A DNA stretch of 63,485 bases, counting the filler, from Kipferlia bialata (Eukaryota): the NCBI GenBank assembly GCA_003568945.1. It is 7 parts of 7 records of this genome, joined end to end, with 100 filler letters (N's around TTAATTAATTAA, not from the genome) between each part and the next. Parts side by side here need not be neighbours in the genome. Positions count along the whole stretch, not along the records: positions 44,999 to 57,488 come from BDIP01001078.1; positions 57,589 to 60,596 come from BDIP01001079.1; positions 60,697 to 63,485 come from BDIP01001125.1; 4 more parts are not named here. One strand, given 5' to 3'. The notes under the pieces are model-generated. The model was not told the origin of the DNA and searched no databases. It worked only from the letters and a program-made list of their open reading frames with translations. This document shows positions 51,701 to 63,485 of the stretch, one piece after another (the first letter of the stretch is position 1; every line of letters starts with the position of its first letter). Position numbers and translations under genes: made by a program.

Positions 51701-54700
51701 CTGACAATGAGATGGGTATTCAAATTAATCCATACATGGCCGATGAACATATACTACACAACCCACCTGTTGACTCTGATCTCATAGACCCTGCCCACCA
51801 GATACTCGGGTGACATGTTGGATAGGGTACAGACAGGAGCAGCCAAGCTAAGGAGGGCCCCCATTGGTTGGAGGTGGTTCAGTCTAATTGTGAGAGGTAT
51901 ATCACATATTCATATACGTTACAGAGACACAAAATTGATATTAGCGAGTGGTTATTGTAGGAATTTGTATTCCTTTACCTCCTCAGAATCTGCTGACCCT
52001 CCCTCCACCTCTCAGGATGTGACTGACTCAGAAGAGTAAGCCACCCCTCCTGACTAGACTGACTGATAGATGCATCTGCACCAGGTGCTGACAGACAGCA
52101 TGCATGCTCAACATCTGATCTGATGCACCTGGCTGTGAGTGATGATAATACGATATGATACACAAGGCGAGGAAACAGCCTGATGTATAAACAATATCTC
52201 ACTGATGTGTCTACCTGAGAGCATGGTACCACCAGTTGGTATCTGCGTCCACATCCACCTCCTCTCCCCCTCTCTGCATCAACAGACTCCTCAGTGATGG
52301 GACAATGTCATCAGCCTCACTCACTGTGTGCAGTCGCTCCAGCTGGGACAGGGAGTCTGAGTATACACTGGAGGTGAGGCTCAGAGTGCGGTCATCTAGA
52401 AGCTAGATTCCCTACATACTCTGTTAGAAAGGGACATATAGGATCATTGCATTCACTAGTACAAACTGTAACCATTCATACCTGAAGACATCTCTGTACT
52501 CCACCTTTAGGAGTCCTATCCCCTGCCCATTGCTGTCTAATGGGGTTACACCATCAGTGTGTGATACCCTACTGTACAGAGGCACCCCAGCATCAGCATC
52601 TTCACACATGCTTGTCAGGTACTGTCTGGCCAGCATCGAGTGTCTGACTGCCAGAAGCGCATTGTCTAGAGAGCCCTCCTGGGGTGGGTACACGGGTATA
52701 CAGAGAAGGGGTATGTGATGATATTTAGCGTCAGAACTGTGGCATACCATCTTTCTGTGGTTTGCATCGAGCTTTGTGATGAAGTGCTCTACTGCGAGTG
52801 TCCCCCTATCCACCGCCAGATTAAGCAGTGCCTTACAGTACACACTCTCATCCGCTAGGGCCTTTCCAAAGCGACCCGGTCTAAAGGGGCTAGCGGGGGT
52901 TATAAGGCCACACATGGTGTCAAGCTGATGGTAAGACGGAATAAGAGAGGATTCTATGACATAAAAGAACTATCCCATTTGTCTTGCTCTGAGATACATC
53001 TCCAGATTATAGTATTTGAATCACATCCATATCCCACCTTCTTGACTGTGTCTGGTCCAAGTCTGTCTCTATCTGCCCCAATGTGCCTTACGGTCAGAGT
53101 ATACAGTTTAGAGAGTTAAGAAGGTAGATATGCAAGCATCAGAGACGCAAGATCTTCATGTAGTGTCGTACCTGAGCATGACGCCCAGCTCTGCTATCCA
53201 GGCACACACACCGACTAGCCTCAGGGACAGAGAGTAGGCTGTGTCTATGTGGTCCTTGTCTAGCTGATGGTTACTAGAAGAATAGTATATAGTATATAGT
53301 ATAGCATGTATGGAGAGAGAGTGAAAGCGAGACACCTATATGTGTACTTACGGACAAAGTGAATATATGTTACGTTACTATGTGGAAACCCACCTCCGTG
53401 TCTGATACCACAACCATCCCAGGTCCTAGCACCCTGTCCAGTATAGGTATGGCCCTGGTCACTACAGTGTCTAGGTGGAACAGGACCTGGTTGTGAGATC
53501 ATGAGTGGTGTGTTAGTGAGTATTATGAATACGTTGTATGTACAGAACAGAAGGGAGCAACAGAGAGAATATGAGGGAGAGAGAGACATTGTGCGGCACC
53601 TTCAAGGTCTCCGGGTACCCTCCCTCCAGGTGCCCCAGATCCATATCATCCAGCTGGTTAAATGCTGCCTCGACAGCATCCAGGGAGAGAGAGAGAGACA
53701 TGGTGGAGTCTGGGGTGGGGACACGGGCAGTCATCCTCTGACACTTCCTGGGGGGGTAAGGGGGAGATGAGTTGAGAAGATATATATCTATCTACACCTA
53801 TATACATATATACCAAACTCACCTCGACGTCTCCTCCAGAGTATCCACTGTCTCCTCAGACTCTGTCCCTATACTGGTACCACCCCCAGTCCAGGACAGG
53901 GCAGAGCACTCTCTAAGGGTGCGTCTGGCAGTGGAGTAGCTAGGGTTAGGATGTAGATCTACAAATAGATGATACTGATGAGTGATATACATATAGATAT
54001 GTATATATCTCATATACTCAAGTAGGAGGGTGCGTCTGGCAGTGGAGTAGCTGGGGTAAGGATACATAAGATATACAATGTATACACACATATATATACA
54101 TACCTCCCCATCTGTAACTGACACCTCGCACACGCTAATAGAGAGTGGCCCCTCTCCTCAGTGGGGGTGGACTGGGGGTGAGATGCATGCTAATACAATA
54201 CTGTATACACAACGCATATATATATGTGTGTGTGGTATGTATATAGTAACACACATATATATGACTCGGTGGGGGTGGACTGGGGGTGAGAAAAATGCAC
54301 TCCTATGTATATACATATGAATATACATACACATGGCACCCTACCTCCCAGGATGCCATCTGCCTATAGCGCTTGGCAGCCCTCGCATAGCACCCTGCCT
54401 CTCTGAGTGACACGGCATAGAGGGTGGTCAGCTCTAGACGGTAGTCTGGGGGTCAGGACAGAATGAGTTAATACCTAAGGTATCATTTCCCTCCATCATA
54501 CTCTAAAAACCAGAATCTAAATACAAATGCATTATAATGGTGTGTAAACAAGAATATTCTCACCCTCCATCATCCTCTTCCTCTCCTTGGCATGTGCTCT
54601 GTCTCTCTCCCTCAGACCTGTGTCAGAAGTGGTAGAGACTGATACTGATAGTGATGCTGCTACTTTAACAGATACATAAACTCATACAGATACTAATACT

Positions 54701-57220
54701 GACACTGACCTGGCATGGCATGTGTATGGTTGACCATAGCGTCACTGAGGGTGGTCAGATAGGAGTCTGGGGTTAGACACTACATATGCACTAACATGAT
54801 AACACCTGTCCCTATTGGTAGTAGGACAGAAGTCAAGGGGTCACACAGCACATTCATACATACTATGATCCAAGATATATCCAACATTACCTAGTTCCCC
54901 CCATGCCTGTGTCTCGTGTCCCATTAGTAGTCTCAACTTGACCCCAGCCACACGGAGGTCAGGGCGGGAGACCTAGGCGTCACAAATATGAAACAGTATA
55001 TCTGAAAGGAAACATTGATGATAAATTCACAAGTTATTCAATAAGATGTATCCAGTAATCGACCATTACCCATCCGTACCTTTGGTGACTTGAGCCCCAT
55101 GGACTCGGACACCCTGGGGTGAGGGGACATTATGAAGTCATAATATACTATGCACTATATATACACATATATAGTGAAGTGATGCACTCGGACACCCTGG
55201 GGTGAGAACACTAGATACAGGCAGAATAATACAATACGACACACTGGACACTTGCTTTGTCAGTATGTCTATATTACTACACTAATCCCACCTAGTATGT
55301 CCTATCTGCAATAGGTATGGGGCAGGGAACGGTACAGACCCAGGGGCCCTCTCAGTGTATGACTCATAGAGAGAAGAGACCAGTCTAACAGTGCCCCTGC
55401 TGTACTGGCCCTGGGAGGCATGGGGTGAGTTAGAGATGTATAGGTATATGAAGTATACATCTAGATAGAAAATGGATACTGTATACACATTAATAAACAT
55501 ATGTACATATACCCCTGCTGTACTGGCCCTGAGAGGCATGGGGTTAGATGGAGATAGTATATGGATACCAATAAGGTATGTATGATCGTATGGCCAATCC
55601 TTGGATGGAAAGATTACTCTTATTGATACTGGCAACCAATCAGCACATCACAACATACCTTTGGTATCCCAGAGTACACACCGCCTGACAGCACAGTCAC
55701 ATGCAGCAGTCTGAAGCACTCCTGGGGGTGAGCGTTAATGATATAAGTATGAATATATATATATATATTTGCTGATGAGTATATAGCTTGTATATATCCA
55801 TTCACCTGATAGAGGTACATGGCACACTCCGCATTGCCTATCTGCATCGGTCTATAACTATATAGATATAGTATAGGTATATCTATATACATATACACCT
55901 ACCTGATAGAGGTACATGGCACACTCTGCACTAGCTATATACATGGGCGTATAACCATATAGTATAGATAGGTATATATATATATATATACCCCCACCTG
56001 ATACAAGTACATGGCACACTCTGCATTGCCAATCTGCATGAAGGTGTCTGCACAGTTGATGAGGGCAGTCATGGTGCCTGGGAGTTAGAATTGGTAGTTA
56101 GATATCGTTGTTCAGATAATGAACAGATGTAGAGGGGATATATGTACAGACAGAGTATCCGCACAGTTGATGAGGGCAGTCATGGTGCTTTGAGTTAGAC
56201 AGATTAGACAGATAGAGTAGAAATGGGAGAAACAAGGGGTGGGGGGGAGAGAGTCATTCATAGTTGCCAGGTGTGGTCCAGGCCCCATATCTATATCGAG
56301 GATATCACATACCTTTCCTTGTGTAGGACGTGGTCTCTGCCGTATTGGAACACCTGTGGGTGAGACAAATAAATAGGTGAAAGTCTGAAAGTATAACAGA
56401 GTATACAATACACATGAATTCAACAATCTAGTGGAGCAAAATTTACTGAGATATCCTGTGTTGTATAGAGCATACGCATACTGATACTGACCACTCCCGC
56501 TATTTATATATACACATATATCGTTGTATAGAGCATACCCACATCTGGTATATATATAACTCCAATCCTGAAGTCCTTGGGTGATGGATATAATACCAAG
56601 ATACTATATTAAGTATACCTCTGCTATACATGAATATTTGAGTACTCATATACATATAATGTCACTATACCTCAGGTCCATTGAGTACACTCATATACAT
56701 ATTCATATATAAATATATACCTCAGGTCCATCGAGTGGAAGTCCAGGGCCTGACCCAATACATACCTCATATTCCATGTATATACATGCAATATTCCATA
56801 TAGTATATATATATCACCATACCTCAGGTCCATCGAGTGGAAGTCCAGGGCCTGACTCAATACATACCTCATATTCCATGTATATATATGCAGTATTCCA
56901 TATAGTATATATACATCACTATACCTCAGGTCCATCGAGTGGAAGTCTAGGGCTCTAACAGCGTTGTCTCTATCCTGCCACAGCCTAGGTGAGTGGGGTG
57001 CACATTCGCATATATGTATACAATAGTGTATATATAGGTCCTGATACCGCATGACATTGCGAAAGTCTGGTACACTGAGTAGCATTAGTCATGCCTAAAC
57101 AAGTTCATATATACTCCTATACACATCCACAGGGTTTATACCAATATACCACACCTTGCAATGGCATTGAGACAGTCTGCAGCATTGTCGTATCGGTGCT
57201 GATCTAGAAACCCAACGACC
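45724..57220 (-). CDS. Very large hypothetical protein: many-exon helical N-terminal part, two long disordered S/T/P/Q-rich exons (about 48816-51531 and 47632-48732), and a short possibly LRR-like C-terminus
   Basis: In-frame joins ...GQQILR|RLNHLQPMGALLSLAAPVC...YEIRVNR|KDLPKLSFG... link the small upstream exons to the 981-aa ORF, and ...MQQE|PQQQPMAMSPPE links to the 380-aa ORF. C-terminal LSELVLHGV and ISHLSLRQC are LRR-like. The 5' end is uncertain. Confidence 0.6.
56669..56955 (-). repeat. Tandem 102-bp units, each an exon end + donor + intron piece
   Basis: acctcaggtccatcgagtggaagtc at 56719, 56821 and 56923 (period 102), plus a decayed copy at 56669. Confidence 0.95.
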
Positions 57221-57488
57221 TGATGGTGAGAGAGTCGACTAGATATCAAATACTCCAGGACTGCTAGATATGGGATGCTTGCAGGTACTTCAAGTAAGGA
57301 CTCTTTGGGTGAAAAGGAATTTTGTGGAGTGAGTGGAGTGAATGACAAAGAGAGAGGAGAGAGGAAGCTGTCAGAGCCTAGAAGGGTAGAAGAGCATTTG
57401 AAACTGCATAATTGTATTTACAGATATAATTACACACAGGGGGGGGGGGGGGAGAGTATATAGAGAGAGGGGGAGAAGAAGAGCCAGA

Positions 57489-57588
57489 NNNNNNNNNNNN
57501 NNNNNNNNNNNNNNNNNNNNNNNNNNNNNNNNTTAATTAATTAANNNNNNNNNNNNNNNNNNNNNNNNNNNNNNNNNNNNNNNNNNNN
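57489..57588. other. Artificial contig spacer
   Basis: N run + TTAATTAATTAA + N run. Confidence 0.99.
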
Positions 57589-57897
57589 CCGAATTCTCTG
57601 ACCGTGACCCTCATCACGAAGTGAGGGTTTGGTATCACCGGGTATTCTTCCTGTTCGGTATGTCCGGGTATGTTCTGGACCACTTGGGGGATTCTTATGC
57701 GAGTATAATTTTACGAGAGTATCTACCGAGATATGGAAGCAGTTAGAGTCCTTCATAGCCTGATAGAACAATTAGAGGTGTTTGATTATCACTCTGATAG
57801 ATGATTCGAATCGCAAATTGAATCAATGACGCGAAACTGACTCGAACAGCCAAGAAGTCTTTCTCCCTCTTTCACCAAGTGGGCGGAAGGTGCCTCA

Positions 57898-59398
57898 ATG
57901 TACATGCTACGGCAGGAACCCGACTTGGTTCCATACACCTTGGTGGAACTGGGTAGAGTGGCTGGTGTCGCTACTAACCTAGGCAGGCCAGGAGAGACTG
58001 TCATCTACAGAGAGAGGGAGGGGGACCCAACAGCAGATGAGGAGGAGAGGGAGAGAGAGAGAGAGGAGGAGAGAGAGCGTGTCAGGGACTATAACCACTG
58101 CATCACAGTCAGTGATGAGCCTTGCCCCAGGTTTGTACATATGTAATGACAGTCTCTCTCACACGCACTCGCTCTCTTTGTCTAATATCCCTCTGAGTCA
58201 CGTACCTGTCTGTGCTGTAACCCCCCCCCCCCCACACACACACACCTTTGTGAATGGATACCTAGACCTGGCCTGTATCAACACTCTGTCTCTCTCTCCC
58301 TCTACTTCTGCCTGTGTGGGTGTCCAGTTTGTATATAGGATCAGTTTACTATTCCAGCTGCAGTTTACCCTGAGATTCACCCTTCTCTTACCCTCTCCCT
58401 CTCCCCCCCCTCTCCCCTACAGCTATTCATTCACCCCACTCCATCTCTCTCTGTAAACCTTCGGCCTATACATCTTTCTGTTCAACCAGAGAATCCCCCC
58501 CCCCCCTCTCTATATATATGTATACAACATGAAACACTAACCATTCCCTTACTCTTAGACCAGCTTTAGTAGACATGGAGGTCTGTCTCTTCCCCCCCCC
58601 CCCCCCTCTCCTCTGTATATATTGTGTGTACTAGAGCTGGAGCTTTTACAATTAACGTTGACACCCAACATTTCACTTTCTTCAATTCTCTGTCTCTCTC
58701 AATATATGTTACATAAAACACTATTGTCTCACTCCTAGACCAGCTACTGTTGATCTTGACATCCGTCTCTTTACTCACACTCCCTCAGACGGAGAGGGAG
58801 AGAGAGAGGAAGAGAGAGTGCTAGTGCCTATTGAGTTCAAAGCAGGTACTATTATATATGTATTACAAAAGAGTCAATAAGGCAGCTGTCTCTTCCACAC
58901 TACCTCTCTCTCTCTGTTAGTCTCTCACCCTCTAGACAGGGACACCCTCTCCCTGGATGGCATCAGTGTGACACAGACATACACTCTCTATACTTCACAT
59001 ATACCCTCTCTCTCTTTCATAGTCTTATCCATAGACAGGAACACCCTCTCCCTGGATGGCATCAGTGTCACACATATACACTCTCTTCTTCACATATACC
59101 CCCCTCTCTNNNNNNNNNNNNNNNNNNNNNNNNNNNNNNNNNNNNNNCATATACCCCCCTCTCTTTCATAGTCTTATCCCTAGACAGGGACACCCTCTCC
59201 CTGGATGGCATCAGTGTGTGTATGTACATCCACTCTCTTATTCACTCATACCCTCTCTCTCTTTCATAGTCTTATCCCTAGACAGGGACACCCTCTCCCT
59301 CGATGGCATCAGACTCAACCACGGGATGGCACTGCCTATCCTGGACGCAGGTAGATATGCACATACACATACTATTATATATGCATAGGAATTATGTT

Positions 59399-59429
<31 letters not shown>

Positions 59430-60200
59430 CATAATTACGGGATGGCGCTGCCTATATTGGTCGCAGGTAGATATACAAATTCACACACAAATACATGTAC
59501 TCATATCTGCTTGGCGGAGATCTACCTCCTCTCTTTACTCCCAAAGGATATGTATGCATTCACATTCTGATTCTTCTTATCCCAGGTCTCCCCGGTCTTA
59601 TGGAGGGAGAGAGGTGTCTCCTATACGGTGGCATGGAGAGTGTGCTGCCCAAGGCTGGTACGGTTCCAGCATTAAGGTAGATAGATAGATCTATGGGTAC
59701 ATTTGTATAGTGTATAGTGTATACATATATATGGGTGTGTATCTCCTGTATGGTGGCATGGAGAGTATTCTACCCAAGGCCGGTACAGTTCCTGCTCTGA
59801 GGTTGATATATACATATTCATGTAGGGTTCATACAGATATATTCTATTCATATTTTTATACTCTCCATTTCTCTTATCCTTATGACTATACGTGTATTGG
59901 CACAGAACACACCTATATGACACCAGATACCTCTTTACCCCTCACACCCTGCTCGCCCCCAAGGACAGACCCCCCCTCTCTCTTCCCATGTCTAACCCTT
60001 TAGGCACCTGTACCCTCTCCTTCACACCCTCTTGTCTGCCAAGGACAGACTCTGTACATTCATAGTACTGGATGTTACACTCTACAGGTATGTATCGCAG
60101 AGTTCCTACTGTTGCCTATCCCTTCACCTCTCCTACGATGCGTCATTGCACCCTTTAACCACCAGATGGACCCACATTGAGCACGACTACCCAAGCACAG
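57898..60200 (+). CDS. Multi-exon hypothetical protein, possibly kelch/beta-propeller-like (3' partial; 38-N gap at 59110-59147)
   Basis: MYMLRQEPDL... / DRDTLSLDGIRLNHGMALPILDA / GLPGLMEGERCLLYGGMESVLPK... / TFIVLDVTLYR|WTHIE has the kelch-like pattern H...LLYGG...LD....W. Confidence 0.5.
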
Positions 60201-60333
60201 GTATCTGCATTCCTCTCTCTCGCTCTCTCTATATATGTATACATATAACTACGTACACACATATACACATACATACACATATGTAGATGACGACTACCCA
60301 AGCACAGGTATCTGGAATTTTTCATCCCACTAT

Positions 60334-60380
<47 letters not shown>

Positions 60381-60596
60381 TATATCGATTGTCTTTCAAT
60401 TTGTTAACCTCTTGCCACTCTAAGCACACGTATTTCCTTCTCTCTCTCTCTCCACGCCTCCCTCCCTATCTACGTATTTTTGAATTGGTTATATTCTCTC
60501 TATAGCCTCTATCTCCCGTCATCCCTCTCCCAGGCCATAGTGAGTTGACATTTGTTTGCCCCCCCCCCCCCCCCCCCCCCCCCTTTTTCTTCCTTT

Positions 60597-60696
60597 NNNN
60601 NNNNNNNNNNNNNNNNNNNNNNNNNNNNNNNNNNNNNNNNTTAATTAATTAANNNNNNNNNNNNNNNNNNNNNNNNNNNNNNNNNNNNNNNNNNNN
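60597..60696. other. Artificial contig spacer
   Basis: N run + TTAATTAATTAA + N run. Confidence 0.99.
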
Positions 60697-60710
60697 GAGA
60701 GAGGGAGGGA

Positions 60711-62844
60711 GAGAGAGCAGTGTCCATGTCCTCAGAGACCTGGGGGTGAGGTATGGAATAGACTTATATAGAGAGAAAATACAAAATAGCAATATACTAC
60801 AGACCTCGGCCACAACAACCTCCTCCTGATCCTCCTCCCTCTCTCTCTCTCTCTTTCTCTATACACATATATATATGTGTATATACGTATACCTGACTTC
60901 ATACCTTCTCCTCCTGAGCAATATGCTCCTGCTGCCTCTCTCTTTCTCTCTCTCTGTATACACAAAATAGTATATATATGCATACCTCCTCCTCCTGAGC
61001 ATTCTGCTCCTCCTGCTGCCTCAGAAGCTCCACCTCCTAACAGTGAGAACAATGAGAACAATAGACTTCCATTGACTGAAATTTAGATTCAAATACTATT
61101 GCTATATTGATATTGACCCAAATATCTATATACATTCATATGAAGAATGAAATAATTAGTACATGTATATGTGCTCTGTACCTCAGGTGGGATTGTGTCA
61201 GGGGCAGTCTCATCCTGGGGTGAAATATATATATATACGAACCATAATTTATATCTATATATATACATACATATAAATGATGAATATTATAAGTGTCTGG
61301 GGCAGTCTCATCCTGGTGTGAAAGGGTGTAGGGAGGGACATAATATACACCTGAGATAGTCCCATGACAATACAGGAAACAATATTGAATAATAATTGGT
61401 GGTTCTATCGCAATTTGAACATATGTGTAATGCATTAGTAAAACGGTAATTGTGTACATAATAGTACCTCAGTCTCGATTGGCAGTGCCTCTCCCTCCTC
61501 CTCCTTGGGGACATCAGCAGCCTCCCTAGAGTGAGTGTGGCATGCCACACACAATTCAGAGTGTATGCCAAAGCCATGTCACGCACAATTGAGAGAGTAT
61601 TTGTATGGATGTGTACCTGGGGTAGTGCATGAGCAGGTTGGTCACGATGGCAGAGGAGAGTCCGAAGAGCTCGGAGAGGACAGACACGGAGAGAGAGCCG
61701 TTGGGGCCGCCGCCTACAGTAAGACATGACAAATACAGGGAGGGGAGACAGAGAGAGAGAGAGAGAGAGTACCTAGCATGGGGTGGTCTGGGTCGAACTC
61801 CTCGGCCTCTCTCTCCTTGTCTCCCTCTCCCTCTGCTGCGGCTAGGGCATCCTGGGAGCGGCGGTGCTTGCTGGGATGAGCCATACTACAATACACATAC
61901 ATATACATATACACAAGACAGATACAATATCCTCTCGTCCTGGGAGCGGCGGTGCTTGCTGGAATAAGCAAGGGATACCCACACAGGGAAATAATATATA
62001 CACACACATATACATACCCTTAGTTATGCGAACCCACAATATCCAAAGAGTAATACTACAATCATCAAGAATATTTGTATACCTCAGCACCAGCCCCCTG
62101 GCCATCCTGAACAGTTGGGCACTAATATGTAACCATATAATAATATATATGTAGGTATAATTGTATATCTATATTAGTATACAATTGTATACCTGAGCAC
62201 CAGCCCCCTGCCCATCCTGAAGAGGTGTGCACTAATATATATATACATACACATATACATATACAGATATCTATCTATATATACATATATATATATATAT
62301 ATATACCTTAGGACTAATCCCCTGGCCATCCTGAAGAGCTGTGCACTAATATACATAACCATATATATACAGATGTCTATCAATATATACATATATATAT
62401 ATATATATACCTTAGAACTAATCCCCTGGCCATCCTGAACAGCTGGGCACTACAATCTATAACCATATATATACACACACATATATTAATATATATATTC
62501 ATATATTTACAGAATTACACACCTGAGCACCAGCCCCCTGGCCATCCTGAACAGCTGTGCACTGCAGGCCTGGCCACTCCTGGAGATGGGGTAGTCGCGC
62601 TGGGGTGAGATAGAGAGTATATATATGTAACTACAATATGTACTATACATATAGAAGCGGGCATAGTGGCAGGGAGCCGAGTTTACGCAAGCACATGTAC
62701 TTGTATATACCTTGTGTAGGTTGAGGAATGGTGACACTGGGCACAGGGCACACATATAGATATAATAATACTATAAAACTACTAATACATATATATCATA
62801 TGTATACACTATATATATATATATATATATACACCTTGTGTAGC

Positions 62845-62890
<46 letters not shown>

Positions 62891-63450
62891 GTGTAGGTCC
62901 AGGAATGGTGACACTGGGCACAGGGCACACAGGTGGGCACGCTCAAAGGCTCCAATGGGGTCATCACCTGCACAGGTTAGAAGACGAATACACACATATA
63001 TACATACACTAATATACATGTATATATATATACACTAATATACATGTATATATATATACATGATATCAGCAAGGCTCCAATGGGGTCATCACCTGCACAC
63101 ATTAGAAGACGAATGCATACATATATAAATATATACTAATATACATGTATATATACTAGGAAGGCCCCAATGAGGTCATCACCTGCACAGGTTAGAATAT
63201 GTGTGGCTGTTACGATATATATACATACATATACTCGAACACACACATTCTCTCACATTCTCTCTCTTTCTCTTTCTCTGTCTCTTTACATATCACCACC
63301 GATCCTACATATGTGCACCACCTCTGGGTACTGAGCCACCCTCCCCCCCCCCTCTCTCTCTATATATAAATACACTTTGAATCATATAGGCATATATATA
63401 TACCACCAATCCTACATATGTGCACCACCTCTGGGTACTGAGCCACCCTC
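60711..63450 (-). CDS. Internal exons of a hypothetical protein (both ends partial)
   Basis: GDDPIGAFERAHLCALCPVSPFLDLHK|RDYPISRSGQACSAQLFRMARGLVLR| and further GT-AG-bounded exons. Confidence 0.55.
62081..62563 (-). repeat. Five tandem copies (period about 110 bp) of the SAQLFRMARGLVLR exon end plus GT donor
   Basis: Donors on the minus strand at 62081, 62191, 62305, 62409 and 62521. Confidence 0.95.
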
Positions 63451-63485
63451 CCCCCCCCCCCCCCCCCCCCCTCTCTTATAACATT

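Noticed and set aside
62081..62563. Regularly spaced repeats resembling a CRISPR array (also 21835-22425, 56669-56955, 58930-59310)
   Set aside because: The repeats are exon-edge copies with splice sites, the spacers are related TA-rich intron sequence, the context is eukaryotic and there are no cas genes.

Overview
Eukaryotic genomic DNA, not prokaryotic. It comprises seven unrelated contigs joined by artificial 100-nt spacers (44 N + TTAATTAATTAA + 44 N), so synteny across spacers is meaningless. The genome is extremely intron-dense: short GT-AG introns full of (TA)n/(CT)n/(GA)n microsatellites, with the branch-point-like motif fused to the acceptor (CTNAC-N3-5-YAG). This style suggests a free-living fornicate such as Kipferlia bialata (inference only). 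Because genes are fragmented, the six-frame ORF track misses most real genes; I rebuilt them by eye from splice signals, so internal boundaries are approximate. Recognisable genes: a DNAH1-like inner-arm dynein heavy chain (C-terminal half, about 60 exons), a TALE-class homeodomain protein, a CK1-like atypical kinase, NSA2 (last exon), UTP14 (5' part), an SMYD-like SET protein, a MATE transporter, a probable MFS transporter start, and several hypothetical proteins. The main unexplained signal is that many introns carry 'echo' copies of the adjacent exon edge together with its splice site, often in arrays of 2-5. These echoes differ from the real exon overwhelmingly at synonymous positions, even where no canonical splice could make them coding.
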